A stretch of 64,000 nucleotides of DNA. Origin: Rebecca billardiae RCC1528. Taxonomy: Eukaryota > Protista > Haptophyta. How positions within the stretch are numbered: the first letter of the stretch is position 1; every line of letters starts with the position of its first letter. The DNA lies in contig OZ251244.1 in the NCBI GenBank assembly GCA_965240325.2, forward strand, positions 558,001 to 622,000, in the 5' to 3' direction. The position numbers were made by a program, and so were the translations under genes. The notes beneath the pieces were generated by a model. The model was not told the origin of the DNA. It searched no databases and saw only the letters and a list, made by a program, of their open reading frames with translations. This document shows positions 1 to 11,429 of the stretch, in pieces.

Positions 1-233
1 GCGCTCGCGTACGCCAACCCGCCGCCGCGTACGCTCCCGCCGCCGCCGCCCAGGCCGCCGCGCGTCGACTCGTCCGGCGGCGGCGCCGGCGGCGGCGCCG
101 CCGTCACGCCCGCGCCGTCGGGCGCGCCGGCGTCCGCGGCCGCGGCCGCGGGCGCTGGCGCGGGCAGCTGTGCGCGCGTGCAGCCCACGCCCACGGTGGG
201 CGCGAGTGCGGCCGCGAGCGTGGTGGCCGCCGT

Positions 234-266
<33 letters not shown>

Positions 267-1347
267 GCCCGCGCCGGACGACGACGCGGGCAGCGGCGGC
301 GCGCGCGCGCGCGTGTCGCCGCCGTCCTCCCCTGAGCCCTCGCCAAAGCCCCCGGCCGCGCGCGCGCCCGGCCGCGCCGCGCGCGCCTCCCGCCCCTCGC
401 TCCCCGAGTCGATGCTCTCCTCTGCGCGCCTCTCCGCGCGCGCGTCGGTGCACTCGACGCCCGAGTCGGTGCTCGACGAGCTGCCCGACGCGCAGCGGCA
501 GCGCATCGCCTCGCTCGCCGACGCGGCGCAGATGCGCGCGGTGGTCGCGCGCGTGCGCGGCACGGGCGCTTACACGCTCTCCGCGCGCGAGCTCGAGGAG
601 ATGTGGCGCGCGTTCAAGCGGTTCGACAAGGACGGGTCGGGCGAGCTGCAGGCGGCCGAGCTGCGCGCGCTGATGCGGAACCTGGGCATGCGGCTGAGCG
701 CGCAGGAGGCGGAGCTGCTCGTGCGCCGCCTCGACACCGACCACACGGGCGCCATCGAGTTTGCAGAGCTGCTCGCGTGGTATTCGGACAACATGCACGT
801 GCGTGGACGCACGCGCGGCTCGCGTGCTCGCGCGCCGCGGTGCGCGTGGCGTGGCGGGCGCGCGAGATCGCGAGCGCGACCCGCGCTCACGCCGTGCGCC
901 GCTGCCCCGCCCCCGCCGCTGCGCGCCCCCTTCCCGCGCGTGCAGACGTACGAGCAGGCGGAGGCGGAGCGGCGCAAGAAGCGCTCGAGGCTGCGCGTGC
1001 TCTGGGAGGACAAGATGAAGCTGCCGCGCACCGCCAAGATCGTCATCGCGTGGGCCACGTGCTGGTGCCTGTACATCGGCGCCGCGTACCTCTCGGTCGT
1101 GTTTGCCGTGATGTTTGGCGAGCACGTCTTCTCGGCGCTGCTGCAGGCGTGGGGCCTGGCGCTCACGCAGACGTTCGTGGTGGACGAGCCGTTCATCATC
1201 TGGCTCTACCTGCTCATCCCGACGATCCTCGACGCGCTCACGTCCAACGACCTCGCCGCCGAGCTGCTCGCCAACTTCATCGCCTCGGGGCTGGGGCAGG
1301 CGCTGGCCGGCTGCTTCAACGTCGTCAAGGCCATTGGCGGCGGCTGA
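1..1347 (+). CDS. 3' part of a membrane protein with an EF-hand pair and a polycystin-1/REJ-like C-terminal TM region; gene starts upstream of the window; intron 799-945
   Basis: EF-hand loops DKDGSGELQAAE and DTDHTGAIEFAE; hydrophobic tail with FG...AW..ALTQTFVVDEP resembling PKD1-like TM segments; GTGCGT...GTGCAG intron removes an Arg/Ala junk stretch; stop at 1345-1347. Confidence 0.7.
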
Positions 1348-1633
1348 GCTGGCAGCTAGGTAGTCGTGCCGGGCCGTGCCGGCGCCGGCGCGCCCTCGAA
1401 CTAACGTCAAAATAACCCCATTACATAAATATATATATATATATATGACCGCGTTCCGCGGTCTTTTTCCGTAGAACGAACGTAGTTCGGGGCCCGCGGT
1501 GCACCCTCCGTCGGCTGCGCTGTCTCAGTCTGACATGTGCCTAACAGTTCGCCTGAGCTGCCACCGCCAACTCAGTCACTGCCGCCCACCGGGCCGGCGG
1601 GCCGAGGACTGTCGCCGCGGGCCGCCGCGGGGA

Positions 1634-2617
1634 CTAGCGGCCGGCGCGCGCGCGCAGGCAGGGCGAGAGGCGCTGGCGCGGCGCGAGCCGGCGCGTGCGC
1701 GCGAGCGGGCGCACCTGCTTGAGGTACTCGCCCTGCGCCATGCGCTCGACGACGGGCCGCTGGTCGCTCGTGCCGGCAGAGCGAGAGCGCGCGCCACTGC
1801 TGGCCCCGGCCTGCCGGCTGCGCAGCCTCGCACCGAGACCGACCGAGCGGAGCTCGGGGCGGTGGAACGAGGCGAGCGGCGCGTCGCGCCTGCCGCCGCG
1901 CGTGCGCGCCTGCTCCACCACGCCGCCGTGCTCGCCCGCCGCCTCCTCCGCCGCGTCGGCCTCGAAGACGGCGGCTGCCAGCGGCAGGCTGAGCCGCGCG
2001 CGACTCACTCACACTGTGAGTCACACCCGCGGTCGCCTCGACAGCCATCTATCCACAGCTGCTCGAGCTGCTGGAGGGCGCCGCGACGATGGCAGCGCGG
2101 GCGCCCAGCGCGTCCGTTGCCGCGTCGCTCAGCTCGTCGAGCTCGGCGCCGCACTTCGCCAGCTTGGCGCCTAGCGCCTCCGCGTGTCACGTGCTCGTGC
2201 ACGTCAGCCTGCTGATACGCCGCGGGTAACGCCGCCGCCCATCGGCACTTCTGGCATCTGCGCGCGCAGCTGCTGCAGCTCGACGGCGGAGTCGTCGCGG
2301 CTGGCGGCGAGGGTGCGCACCGCGTCGATTGCCGAGGCCTGCAGCCCGGTGATCGCCGCGTCGACGCGCGCGGCGATTTCCCCACGCAGCTCCTCGCGCC
2401 ACGTGGCCGCCGCTCGCGTGCAGGCAGCTGGGCGCCGCTGCGCGACCCGCTCGCTCGGCGGTCGCTCTGCTCCGGGCGGCGAGCGACGAGCTCGCGTGCT
2501 CCGGAATCGGCTCGCCCTTGCGCGCTGCTCCTCGAGTGACGAACGCGCCCGCGGGCAGGCTGTTGCCCGTCGCCCCCGCCGCGATCTCGCCGCCCCCGCC
2601 GCGATCTCGTCGCGCAT
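1634..2617 (-). pseudogene. Fragmented coding-like relic with coiled-coil-like pieces in several frames
   Basis: Protein-like stretches (WREELRGEIAARVDAAITGLQ; AEALGAKLAKCGAELDELSD; VVERMAQGEYLKQV) separated by frameshifts and stops; no recognisable family. Confidence 0.25.
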
Positions 2618-3352
2618 GCTCCGTGCGCAGCGCGACGCAACTGGTGCGCGCGCTCCGTGCCTGGCGCGCGCCTAGTAGCGGCAGCGAGGCCTGTTAACTG
2701 ACTATGCTTGTTTTACTATGGTCATGTGCTTATTTACTATGGTCACAGTCTACCCACAATTACCCACCCTCGCACACTTGGACGTGGGTTTCGTTGATTC
2801 CTCTGACTATCAAAAGAGCGGACGCGTCCATTTCTCGCTGCAATGGATGTCTCTTGCGGTCTCAAAATTCGAAACTCGGTCTCCTCCAGCCCTGAAAATC
2901 GTCCCCCATGGCCCATCCCTTTTTTCTTTGATCAAAGATCTTTTTGAAACGTGGTTAGGGCCCACGGAGCGGGCTCCACGCTGCGCGCTCCGCCCTGCAC
3001 CGCGGGCCATAACTTTTCGGCTGTTCGAGTCTAGCGTCAGTCTGTATGGTCCTGGGACTCAGCTGACGAGTGGCTTGACTGTCAGAGGGCCTAGGTACCC
3101 CATCACATGTGCCCGGCGGCGCATAGTGCTGCGTCTAATAGTGCGTGGCGCCCGCGCGGATCCCGCGACGGCGATTCCCGCGGCACCGCCGACGCCGGTC
3201 ACCGCCGCGTCACCCGTTCTGCGGCACGGGTAGTTCGCGTACGCTCATCACGTACTGCACGTGTCCGACGTGGACGTCGAAACCGACACTCAGCTATACT
3301 GCTCTAGTGGTTATACTGCTTATTGGGCAAGCCATTCGCGATTATATTCAGC

Positions 3353-4768
3353 TTATATATCGCGTTGGCTGCAGCACCAGTTCACAAATGTGCCGGCAAA
3401 CCGTTGCGGGTCCAACTTGCGGGAGGGATCGTGGCCCTTGCTCGTACACGCGCACGAGTAGCGCATGAGCCGCGTGCACGCGACGCATCGGTCTCGATTG
3501 CGATAGCTGCGGGTGTCGCACGACACGTTCGCGTGCGGATGCGCGCTGACGTGCCGCTGGAGCGCGGCCCCGTAGGACCGGGAAGTGCCGGCCGATGCGT
3601 CAAGCAGCAGACCAGTCGGCCCTCCTGCTTTAGGGCTGATCGATGATGATGGGTGCTCCCGCCATGTGGCCACGTCGACGATCTCGGGTATGAACGACAC
3701 GTGGTCTGCGAGCACAGCACGGTCCACGCACTCGCGAGAGGACACGTTGTAGCCGGCGAAAATAGCAAGGTTCATGCTCCCGAGCGGCTGCCTGCGCAGG
3801 CCAGGCACTGCTGCCATCTGCCGGACGAACACGAGGCTGTCCACGTCCTTGCTCACCGCGATGCGGTGTGCAAAGTACGAGTTCGCCGCTGCCATGAACG
3901 CAAAACGATGATCGCCCTGCGCCGCGCGCCGGACGGCGTCGGCGAGCGTGTCATTGCCCTCGAGGAACGGGATGACGTCAAAGAAGGCTTGATGTGAGGC
4001 GTCCAGCTTGGCAGCTGCTGTGTGGGACGGGTTCGTGTTGAGGAAGGCATGCACTGAGTTGCGGAACACGCTGCATCTGCGCGGATCCCACCACGCGCCG
4101 CTGCCGGGTGCGGCGTAGAGCCAGGGCGGGCCGGGCACGCGGTCCTTGTTGTGTGCCACCTCAATGCGCCCGCAACTCGACAACACCGACTCGTAATACG
4201 CGTCCGGCAAGCGCCAATAGGGCAAGGCCACTGGCCACCAGTAGGGGCGCTCGTACGCGACCATCTGCGCTATCGTGGGGCAGCCGGCACCCACGCGCAC
4301 GCTCAGTGACGTCACGTTGGCGCAGGGCAGGTGCCGCGCGTTCAAGCGTGCGTGGGGCGAGCGGACCTCTGGGCCGCATCCGCCCGTCATTGTGGGGTCG
4401 CTGAAGAGCTCGTCGATCCAATCGGTCGAGCACGCGCGCTCCTTGGCCGCGAGCGCCTGGACACGCTCCTTCAGCACCTGCGGGACAGCCTTTGCGGGCA
4501 TGCGGCTCACGCCTTCGATAAGGGCCGCGCGCATGCCGTTCCGCTCCATCACCTCGCCCTCTGTCAGCGCCTCGCACACCAGCCGCATCAGCGCGAGCAG
4601 GTCGGACGGCGCGTGCCGGCGGAGGGCTTCCACGTCTGCGGCGTCGCGCCACACTCCGACGAGCGCGTCGGGCACCGCCAGCGCTGCGCATGCGCCGCGC
4701 TCGCCGGCGAGCCACGCGGTCAGCACGACGACGGCGAGTACGGTCTGTCGCGGCGCCGAAGCCCCCAT
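3353..4768 (-). CDS. Secreted hypothetical protein (~471 aa), Cys-rich C-terminus
   Basis: ATG at 4768 followed by signal-peptide-like MGASAPRQTVLAVVVLTAWLAG; complex composition; motif IEVAH...WLYAAPGSGAWW; no obvious intron. Confidence 0.65.
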   Translation of the reverse strand: MGASAPRQTVLAVVVLTAWLAGERGACAALAVPDALVGVWRDAADVEALRRHAPSDLLALMRLVCEALTEGEVMERNGMRAALIEGVSRMPAKAVPQVLKERVQALAAKERACSTDWIDELFSDPTMTGGCGPEVRSPHARLNARHLPCANVTSLSVRVGAGCPTIAQMVAYERPYWWPVALPYWRLPDAYYESVLSSCGRIEVAHNKDRVPGPPWLYAAPGSGAWWDPRRCSVFRNSVHAFLNTNPSHTAAAKLDASHQAFFDVIPFLEGNDTLADAVRRAAQGDHRFAFMAAANSYFAHRIAVSKDVDSLVFVRQMAAVPGLRRQPLGSMNLAIFAGYNVSSRECVDRAVLADHVSFIPEIVDVATWREHPSSSISPKAGGPTGLLLDASAGTSRSYGAALQRHVSAHPHANVSCDTRSYRNRDRCVACTRLMRYSCACTSKGHDPSRKLDPQRFAGTFVNWCCSQRDI

Positions 4769-4872
4769 CGAGCCACCTCGTGTCCGACCGAGGTCGGGGC
4801 AAAGCAGGAATGAAAGGGGAGTCGGGGGATAGCAAGGGCGTGCCACACGCTCCCGAAAAGCACCTGGGGGGG

Positions 4873-5135
4873 CTTTGCCTTTTTCCGTATTCAATGTACC
4901 CGCTTCAAATAGACGAAGCCCGTTCCAATAGGAAGATGGTTCAATTTGGCGTATGACCGATGCGGGGAATGCCCCTGATAGGCCGGCGGGCGAAACAACC
5001 AGTTTCAAGCCGAAAAACTGCGTGCTGAATATTTGCGTTCCCCGCATTGGTCCTACGCCAAATGGAACCATCTTCCTATTGAAACGGGCTTCCTCCATTT
5101 GAAGCGGGTACATTTGAATACGGAAAAAGGCAAAG
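4873..5135. mobile_element. MITE-like element with ~100-bp imperfect terminal inverted repeats
   Basis: 4873-4972 (CTTTGCCTTTTTCCGTATTCAATGTACCCGC...) is the reverse complement of 5035-5135 with several mismatches; ~60-bp spacer; G-run and C-run just outside; no clear TSD. Confidence 0.75.
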
Positions 5136-6298
5136 ATACCCCCGCCCCCTCTGGAGGCGGGCTGTCCACAGCGGAGTGGTGTCAAGGCACTTGGTGTATC
5201 GGTCAGTGGTTTGAGGTTGGGTGAGGGTGGTGGTTGGTTGGGGGCTGGCCAGGGTAGGGCTGGAGGCTTCGGCCGCCAGTCTGATCACCCGGAGCCCGTT
5301 ATAAAGGGGAATTTGGTGGTAGTCCAGACCGCAGCGGCCAGCACCGCCAAAGATGGCCGACTCTCACGCATGGTGAAGCTCACCCTGCCAGGTGGCGCCT
5401 GTCTGACGCAAACTGTGGCTCCATGACCATGGAGGGCGGCCGTGACGGATGCAGGCCCCGCTTCTCCACAGGGACCACCGCCGGTGGCAGCCGGCGGCGC
5501 AAGGGAGGTCGTGGCGCGCCTCCTCGTGCTCCCCCGCCGACCGCCCAGCGCGCAGCGGGCAAGCCGGCCCCGCTGGTGAGCCCGCCCGCCGCGCAGGGCA
5601 TGGACGCTGAGGTGCCACAGGCAAACGACGAGCAGCCGCACTCTCAGAAGCGGAAGAAGAAGCCCCGGCGTGGGAAGCGCGGGCAACGGCGCGACGCCGA
5701 GGGCCGACGGATTCGTTCTCCATCGAGCCGTCGCTCCTCGGCGCCGCCGCGCCATCAAGGAATGCCAGGCGCACAAGGCGGCGCGCCTCGGCGCCTGGCG
5801 CCGACCGCTGCACCCACGCCAGCCCCTGCTGCCCCCCTCCACGATGACCGAGACTCGCCCCCGGGCGACGACTTAGGAGGCATCGCCGCAGCGGGCGAAG
5901 CGCACCCTGGACGCCGCCGCAGCGCCAGCCGCCGCCAGCCAGCCAGCTGGCTCGAGCGGCAAGCGCGTACGCATGACCGCGCCTGGGGAGCACGGGGCAG
6001 GCTCGACCAGCTGCTACCAGCGGCTGAGACTGCCAGCTGACATCCGGACCTGCACCTTCGCCCTTGCTCGGGGCACAGCAGGTCCGCATGCGAGCCGCGC
6101 AGCAGCAGGTGGATCGCGTTTCAGCAGATCAAGGCCGCGCTTAAGCTTTTCGATCGCGGTGCAGGCTAGATGCCGCCTCCGATGCCACCAACGCTGACTT
6201 CGTGTCGGCGACCGGGGCCGGGCACTCCGCACTGCGTCTGCCGCCGACGAATCAGGAGATCGACCCGCGCCGGCCCGTCCTACCTGTGATGTATATAT

Positions 6299-6967
6299 TG
6301 TCCGAGGGAATGAAGAGCCCGAAACGACTGAGCTAATAAATCGGTTCGCGCGAACCGATTTAGCTCAGTCGTTTCGGCCTCTTCATTCCCTTCGACACAA
6401 CCGTAAAGTCACCTGTTCGAATCCAGCGACCGACACGCAGGCAACTCTTGGCCTTTCAGGCGAAGCGCTAAGTTCGACCTTGCGAGAGCCTCGCGGCTCC
6501 AGGGGGGGAATGAAAAGTGAGGAGTCGGCAAAAAGACGAACGAAAAAGAGGGGAGCACGAAGAAGATGACCGACAAAGAAAGACGACAGAAACCGAGCAC
6601 GGTCCGCGACGCGCAACCTCCGGGTACAGTCGCCCGGGTGAACAACAAAGACACAAAAAGAGCCTCACAAAGCCAAAGCAGCAAGAAGGGCTCACCGCCC
6701 ACAAAAGACGGAGTCTCTACGAAGCCACAGAGCAGACGAGCACGCAGGGTGGAACACCTGGGAGAGACCAGGCGGGGAGAGAAAAAACCTCGACAACAAA
6801 TCCGTCAGAACACTGGACGGGACTACAGCCCCTCGCGGGGTGTCCCACAGGAGACTTACGGTTATGTCGAAGGGAATGAAGAGGCCGAAACGACTGAGCT
6901 AAATCGGTTCGCGCGAACCGATTTAGCTCAGTCGTTTCGGGCTCTTCATTGATCATTCCCTCGGACA
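6299..6967. mobile_element. Non-autonomous element with ~120-bp TIRs whose outer ~100 bp are near-perfect palindromes
   Basis: Ends TGTCCGAGGGAATG...CATTCCCTCGGACA; palindromes 6299-6397 and 6865-6967 centred on GGTTCGCGCGAACC; A-rich non-coding interior. Confidence 0.85.
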
Positions 6968-7781
6968 CAACATCATGCCAGATTTGCTCCAAAAACGCCC
7001 AAAATTGTCGTCGGCCTCGCCGGCCGGGCCTAAAGACTCAGCGGGGGGCTCTGCCCCCCCCCCCCCCCCCCCCGCGCCTGCGCGGCGGGCGGACCTAGCT
7101 AAGAAACTGAGACTCCGTTAGTCCGTAGGCGCTCGGGCTACCGAACGGCTAAGAAACCGAGGCTAGCAGTGAGATCTCTGACTTCTTATTGCCCGCGATT
7201 GCCTGTACCGGTACCGGCCGTGTCGGTCACAGCTAATCCTGGGTCGTCGCGTCCGAGTGCCAGTAGCACTCGGTTACTCGGAGCGGGCCGAGTGCGGCAC
7301 GTTTAGTGGCATCGGACTCGGAGCCATCGGACCGACTGCATCGACTATCGAGTGCATGACCATCGTCCTATAATGAGTATAAATCACGACTACGCCTCAG
7401 TCTCGATCAGTCTACGGACGGCGGTTATCTAAGCTAGCCGACTAGCCGGTATTCGTCATACTAATACTATTATATTATAATTATTTGAATTGTCGTGATA
7501 TATTATAATATTTAACGACGTGGCAGATTATATATATATGTGTATTATTTATTACAATCATACATATAATTACAACAACGTCGCGGCCGGAGCGAGTCGC
7601 TCACTGGACACTGCGACTCACTGCCTGAGCAGTCGTTAATCTGAATTCATATATATATGTATATATATATATATATTTAAAATTATAATATTAACGTCGT
7701 AGTCCCACTCCCACGATGCGTCACGCGCAGCATTCTGATGTGTGTAAAGCATGCACTACTGATAGACTACCGCGCTGATTA

Positions 7782-8632
7782 TTAGAAGTAGGGGAAGCCC
7801 TTGCCCGTGAGCGCCGCCTGCGTGCACAGGCCCGAGAAGGCGAGCATCGCGAGCCGGCCGTTCTTGATCTCCTTCAGCTTCAGCGACTCGTAGTCCTTGC
7901 CGCCCTTGAAGGAGAGCGGGTCGAAGCCGAGGTCGCCGCCCTCCTTGTTGTTGTTGCCGAGCGCCATCTCGATCGTCGGGCCGAACGCGAGCGTCTCGAT
8001 CGCCGCGACGAAGAGGAAGAGGTGGAACATGTCGCCCGACTTCACCATCGCGTCGTGCGCCTGCAGCGACGTGAGCCCCGCAAACTTCTCGCCGGGGAAC
8101 TTCACCCCCAAGTCGACGGCGATCCAGCCGATCACGGCGAGCATGGTGACGCGGCCGTGCTTCAGCTCGGCCTCCTGCATCCACTTCAGGTTCTGCGAGG
8201 TCGCGAGCACTGCGGATGCGCGGCGCGCGCGGGCGGAGGGCGGAGGGTGGCGCATGCACGCGCATGGTGGGAGCGCGAGCGGTCAGCCGTGGCAGGGCGT
8301 GGGGTCGTGGCGCGAGGGGGCGGCGTCGTGCTGGCACCCGCTTGCGAATGTGCTCGCACGACAGTCACCACGCCCCAAAGCTGATTGGCGCTCCCATCGC
8401 CGCGCCTCAAATACAGCCCTTGCTCGGGAGACGCGATTCGCGCCCGCGCGCGCGCAGAGCGCCTACTCAGCGGGTCGAAGCCAGACGAGCCGGTCAGCCC
8501 GTCAATCACCGGGTTGAGCGGGAGCGGCGGCACGGCGTTCTTGCCCGCCATCGACACCGCGCTGCGCGAGGCCATCGGCCGCCCGACCGGGCCGGTGTAC
8601 GCGAGCGCTGCGAGTGCGAACGAGAGCATCAT
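7782..8632 (-). CDS. Light-harvesting chlorophyll a/c protein, Lhcr-type; exons 8632-8467 and 8209-7782
   Basis: Signal/transit leader; [47 protein letters not shown] and C-terminal GFPYF; GTAGGC...CGCAG intron joins to [15 protein letters not shown]. Confidence 0.95.
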
Positions 8633-8943
8633 CGTGGCTGTGCGGGGTGAGGCTTGCGCTGGGCGCGCCCGCCAACGGCGCTGAAGAAATGACTGCGCTA
8701 ATTTCGCCTGGCGCGATTCCGCTCATCGCTCATCGGATTCGCCCGGAACGACCCCGGCCTCCGGCCACCGTCCGGGTGCGTTGAATATTGATGGCGGTAA
8801 CGGAAATGGTGCTGATGAAACAAAGTTCCGCGCAAAATCGACAGCATTTTCTGATGATGTGTTTTTTCGCGCGCCTTTTCGCGCGCGGGCTTGCCCGGTG
8901 GCACAGCGCATCGAGACTCGTCTTGGACCAAAGAAGATCAACG

Positions 8944-10371
8944 ATGACGTGGCGCATCCGGCGGACGGCGCTCGCGCTCGCGGCCGTGCTCGTGCTGGGC
9001 ATGGCCGTGCCCGCGCGCGGCTCGGCCGAGCCCCCGGACGAGGGGCGGCTCGACGAGACCGACCTCTCCACACTCACGCAGATGCTGCACTGGTCGCTCT
9101 CCAACCAGGATCTCGAGGCGCTGCACTCAAAGGCGGAGGCGATCCGAGCGTCGGCGCCCGCCGAGCGGCCTCCCGGACTTCTGCCCGAGGGCGGCGCGGA
9201 GGGCGGGCCGAAGATCTCACAGATCGACCAGGCCGAGGCCGAGCGGCTGCACGCGCTCAAGGCGGCGCAGCGCGCCAAGGAGCTCTCCTCGATGATGGAC
9301 ACGCTCGTGCCGGATCGAGCGCAGCAGCTGCGCGACGCGCTCGCGCGCGCGCTCGGCGAGAGCGAGGGCGGCGCGTCGACCGAGGCGCGCGTGGGCGGGC
9401 TGCACGAGCTCGAGGAGCTTGTCGAGGACATCGACAACGCGCGCGACTTCGTCACCCTCGGCGGCTTCGCCCGCCTCGTGCCGATGCTCGCCGAGACGGC
9501 GGCACCGGACGTGCAGGCCGCGGCCGCGTGGGCGATCGGCAGCGGCGCGCAGAACAACGCGGAGATCCAGGCGCACCTGTGCGAGATCGGCGCGCCCGCG
9601 TCGCTCGTGAGCATGCTCGTGGGCACGCCCTCCGCCGCGCACTCCGCCGACGTCGACTCGAAGGCCCTCTACGCGCTCTCCGCCATCTCGCGCGACTCGG
9701 CGGTTGGCGCAGCCGCGCTCGTCGCGCACAACGGCTTGGGCGCGCTTGCCCTTGCGCTCCGGCGGCCGTCGACGCGCGTGGTGCGCAAGGCGCTCACGCT
9801 GCTCACCGACCTCGCGCGCAACTCGGAGCTCTCGCCGATCGATGGCGCCGACGCGCGCGCCACCAGCGTCCGAATGGTCGTGCGCCCAGACGGCGACAGC
9901 GGCGGCGCGGACGAGGGCGCAGGCGGCAGCGGCCGCGGCGGCGGCGGCGCGGACGGGGGCGCGCTCGCACACTCGCTCGAGGTAGCGATCGCGAACAACG
10001 CGAGCGCCGTGTGCGACGCGATCGCCTCGCAGCTCGAGGCCGGGCTGGGCGCGCACGACGTGGATACGCTCGAGAAAGCGGTCGAGGCCGCGGATGCGCT
10101 CATCGCCTCGCCGCGCTTTGGGCCTCACATCGTGGGGAGCGCCGCGCTGCTCGGCGCTGGCGACGCGCCGGGCAGGGAGGCGGGTTGCGCGCGCACGCTG
10201 CGGCCGCAGCTGGGCGAGCTGGTCGACGCGGCGCGTACCGCGGCGGGCGCCGCGGCCGCGTCGCCCGATGGCGCGGACGCGGCGCCTGTGTGGCAGCAGG
10301 TTGCGAGCACGGCGATGCGGCTGCAGCGAGCGCTGGCGGACGCCTCTGCTGCATCATCGGCAAGCGAATGA
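8944..10371 (+). CDS. Hsp70 nucleotide exchange factor, SIL1/Fes1/HspBP1 family, with signal peptide
   Basis: MLHWSL, LEELVEDIDNARDFVTLGG, AAWAIGSGAQNN..IQ and KALYALSAI armadillo-like motifs; hydrophobic N-terminal leader. Confidence 0.85.
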   Translation: MTWRIRRTALALAAVLVLGMAVPARGSAEPPDEGRLDETDLSTLTQMLHWSLSNQDLEALHSKAEAIRASAPAERPPGLLPEGGAEGGPKISQIDQAEAERLHALKAAQRAKELSSMMDTLVPDRAQQLRDALARALGESEGGASTEARVGGLHELEELVEDIDNARDFVTLGGFARLVPMLAETAAPDVQAAAAWAIGSGAQNNAEIQAHLCEIGAPASLVSMLVGTPSAAHSADVDSKALYALSAISRDSAVGAAALVAHNGLGALALALRRPSTRVVRKALTLLTDLARNSELSPIDGADARATSVRMVVRPDGDSGGADEGAGGSGRGGGGADGGALAHSLEVAIANNASAVCDAIASQLEAGLGAHDVDTLEKAVEAADALIASPRFGPHIVGSAALLGAGDAPGREAGCARTLRPQLGELVDAARTAAGAAAASPDGADAAPVWQQVASTAMRLQRALADASAASSASE

Positions 10372-10886
10372 GGCTACTCCCGATGCAGCCGCGCCGCCGC
10401 CGATGGCAGCGTCACTCGTCAAGGCGCCGGTGGCCTGCGCGAGTCGCCGAAGGGAGCTCCTCGGCGGCCGCGCGTGGACGCGCGCAGTGGCCGTCCTTGC
10501 CACGGCGGTGCTGCGGTGATCGTGTGATGATGAGCATGTGCATCATGCAGGCTGCAAGTCCGACGAGGACAGTAGTACTGTGTGTGCGTCTCGTGTACTT
10601 AGTCGCGGAACTGCGGTCGTACTCCGGCTAGATCGGACGACGACGACCATCAGCAGCTAGGTCAGACTGACCGCGCCTGGCGCCCGTGGCGGGCGGTCAG
10701 ACCCGCCTGTTGGCGTTGCCGTGTTGGCTTATTGTTTGCTAAATTATTATAGTATATATATATACTAATATATTTAAAATAAGGAAATAAAAGGCGGTAA
10801 CTATTGGATCAGTGTTCGAAAAGGTCGGCCGATTACTATTTATTCATCATCATCAAGAACCGTTAATGACTATATATATATATATA

Positions 10887-10988
10887 TGTCCGAGGGAATG
10901 AAGAGCCCGAAACCGAAACGACTGAGCTAAATCGGTTCGCGCGAACCAATTTAGCTCAGTCGTTTCGGCCTCTTCAACGCCTTCGACA
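10887..10988. repeat. Solo copy of the ~100-bp palindrome that forms the ends of the 6299-6967 element
   Basis: TGTCCGAGGGAATGAAGAGCCCG...GGTTCGCGCGAACC...CTTCGACA directly after a (TA)n run; 6-bp internal duplication (CCGAAA). Confidence 0.9.
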
Positions 10989-11429
10989 TGTTGCATGGAT
11001 GCTGCGGTGCACTGGCCAGGAGTCAGTCATCAGGAGAAGTCGGGACTTGGCCTGTACTCGTAGTCGGGCCGCGCGCCGCGTCCCCGACGGGGCCGACTGC
11101 GCCTCGCCCCTCGGCGGACCACTCGTCAGCCGGGACGACGTAGTCCCGGTTTCTTAGTGTGACTATGCGTATATAGCGAACCAGCCAATCGCTAGCCTCA
11201 GTTTCGCTAGGCCAGATCCGCAAGATATAGCAAGCCCCATCAGTTTCTTAATAACGTCGTGACAGCTCCTTATTAGTTATATTGCCCGCAATTGCCTGTA
11301 GTTATACCGCGGGTCACGAGCCATGACGTAACGCGGATCGACCGACATTCGACCGTGTCTAGACGACTCTAGTCACTACTATACTATTAGTGACCGGGCG
11401 GGTGTGCGCTGCCCCGCCCGGGGCAGACG

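Noticed and set aside
7043-7073. GGGGGGCTCTGCCCCCC hairpin with a poly-C run as a possible element terminus
   Set aside because: Single occurrence with no partner end in the window; homopolymer length is also unreliable.
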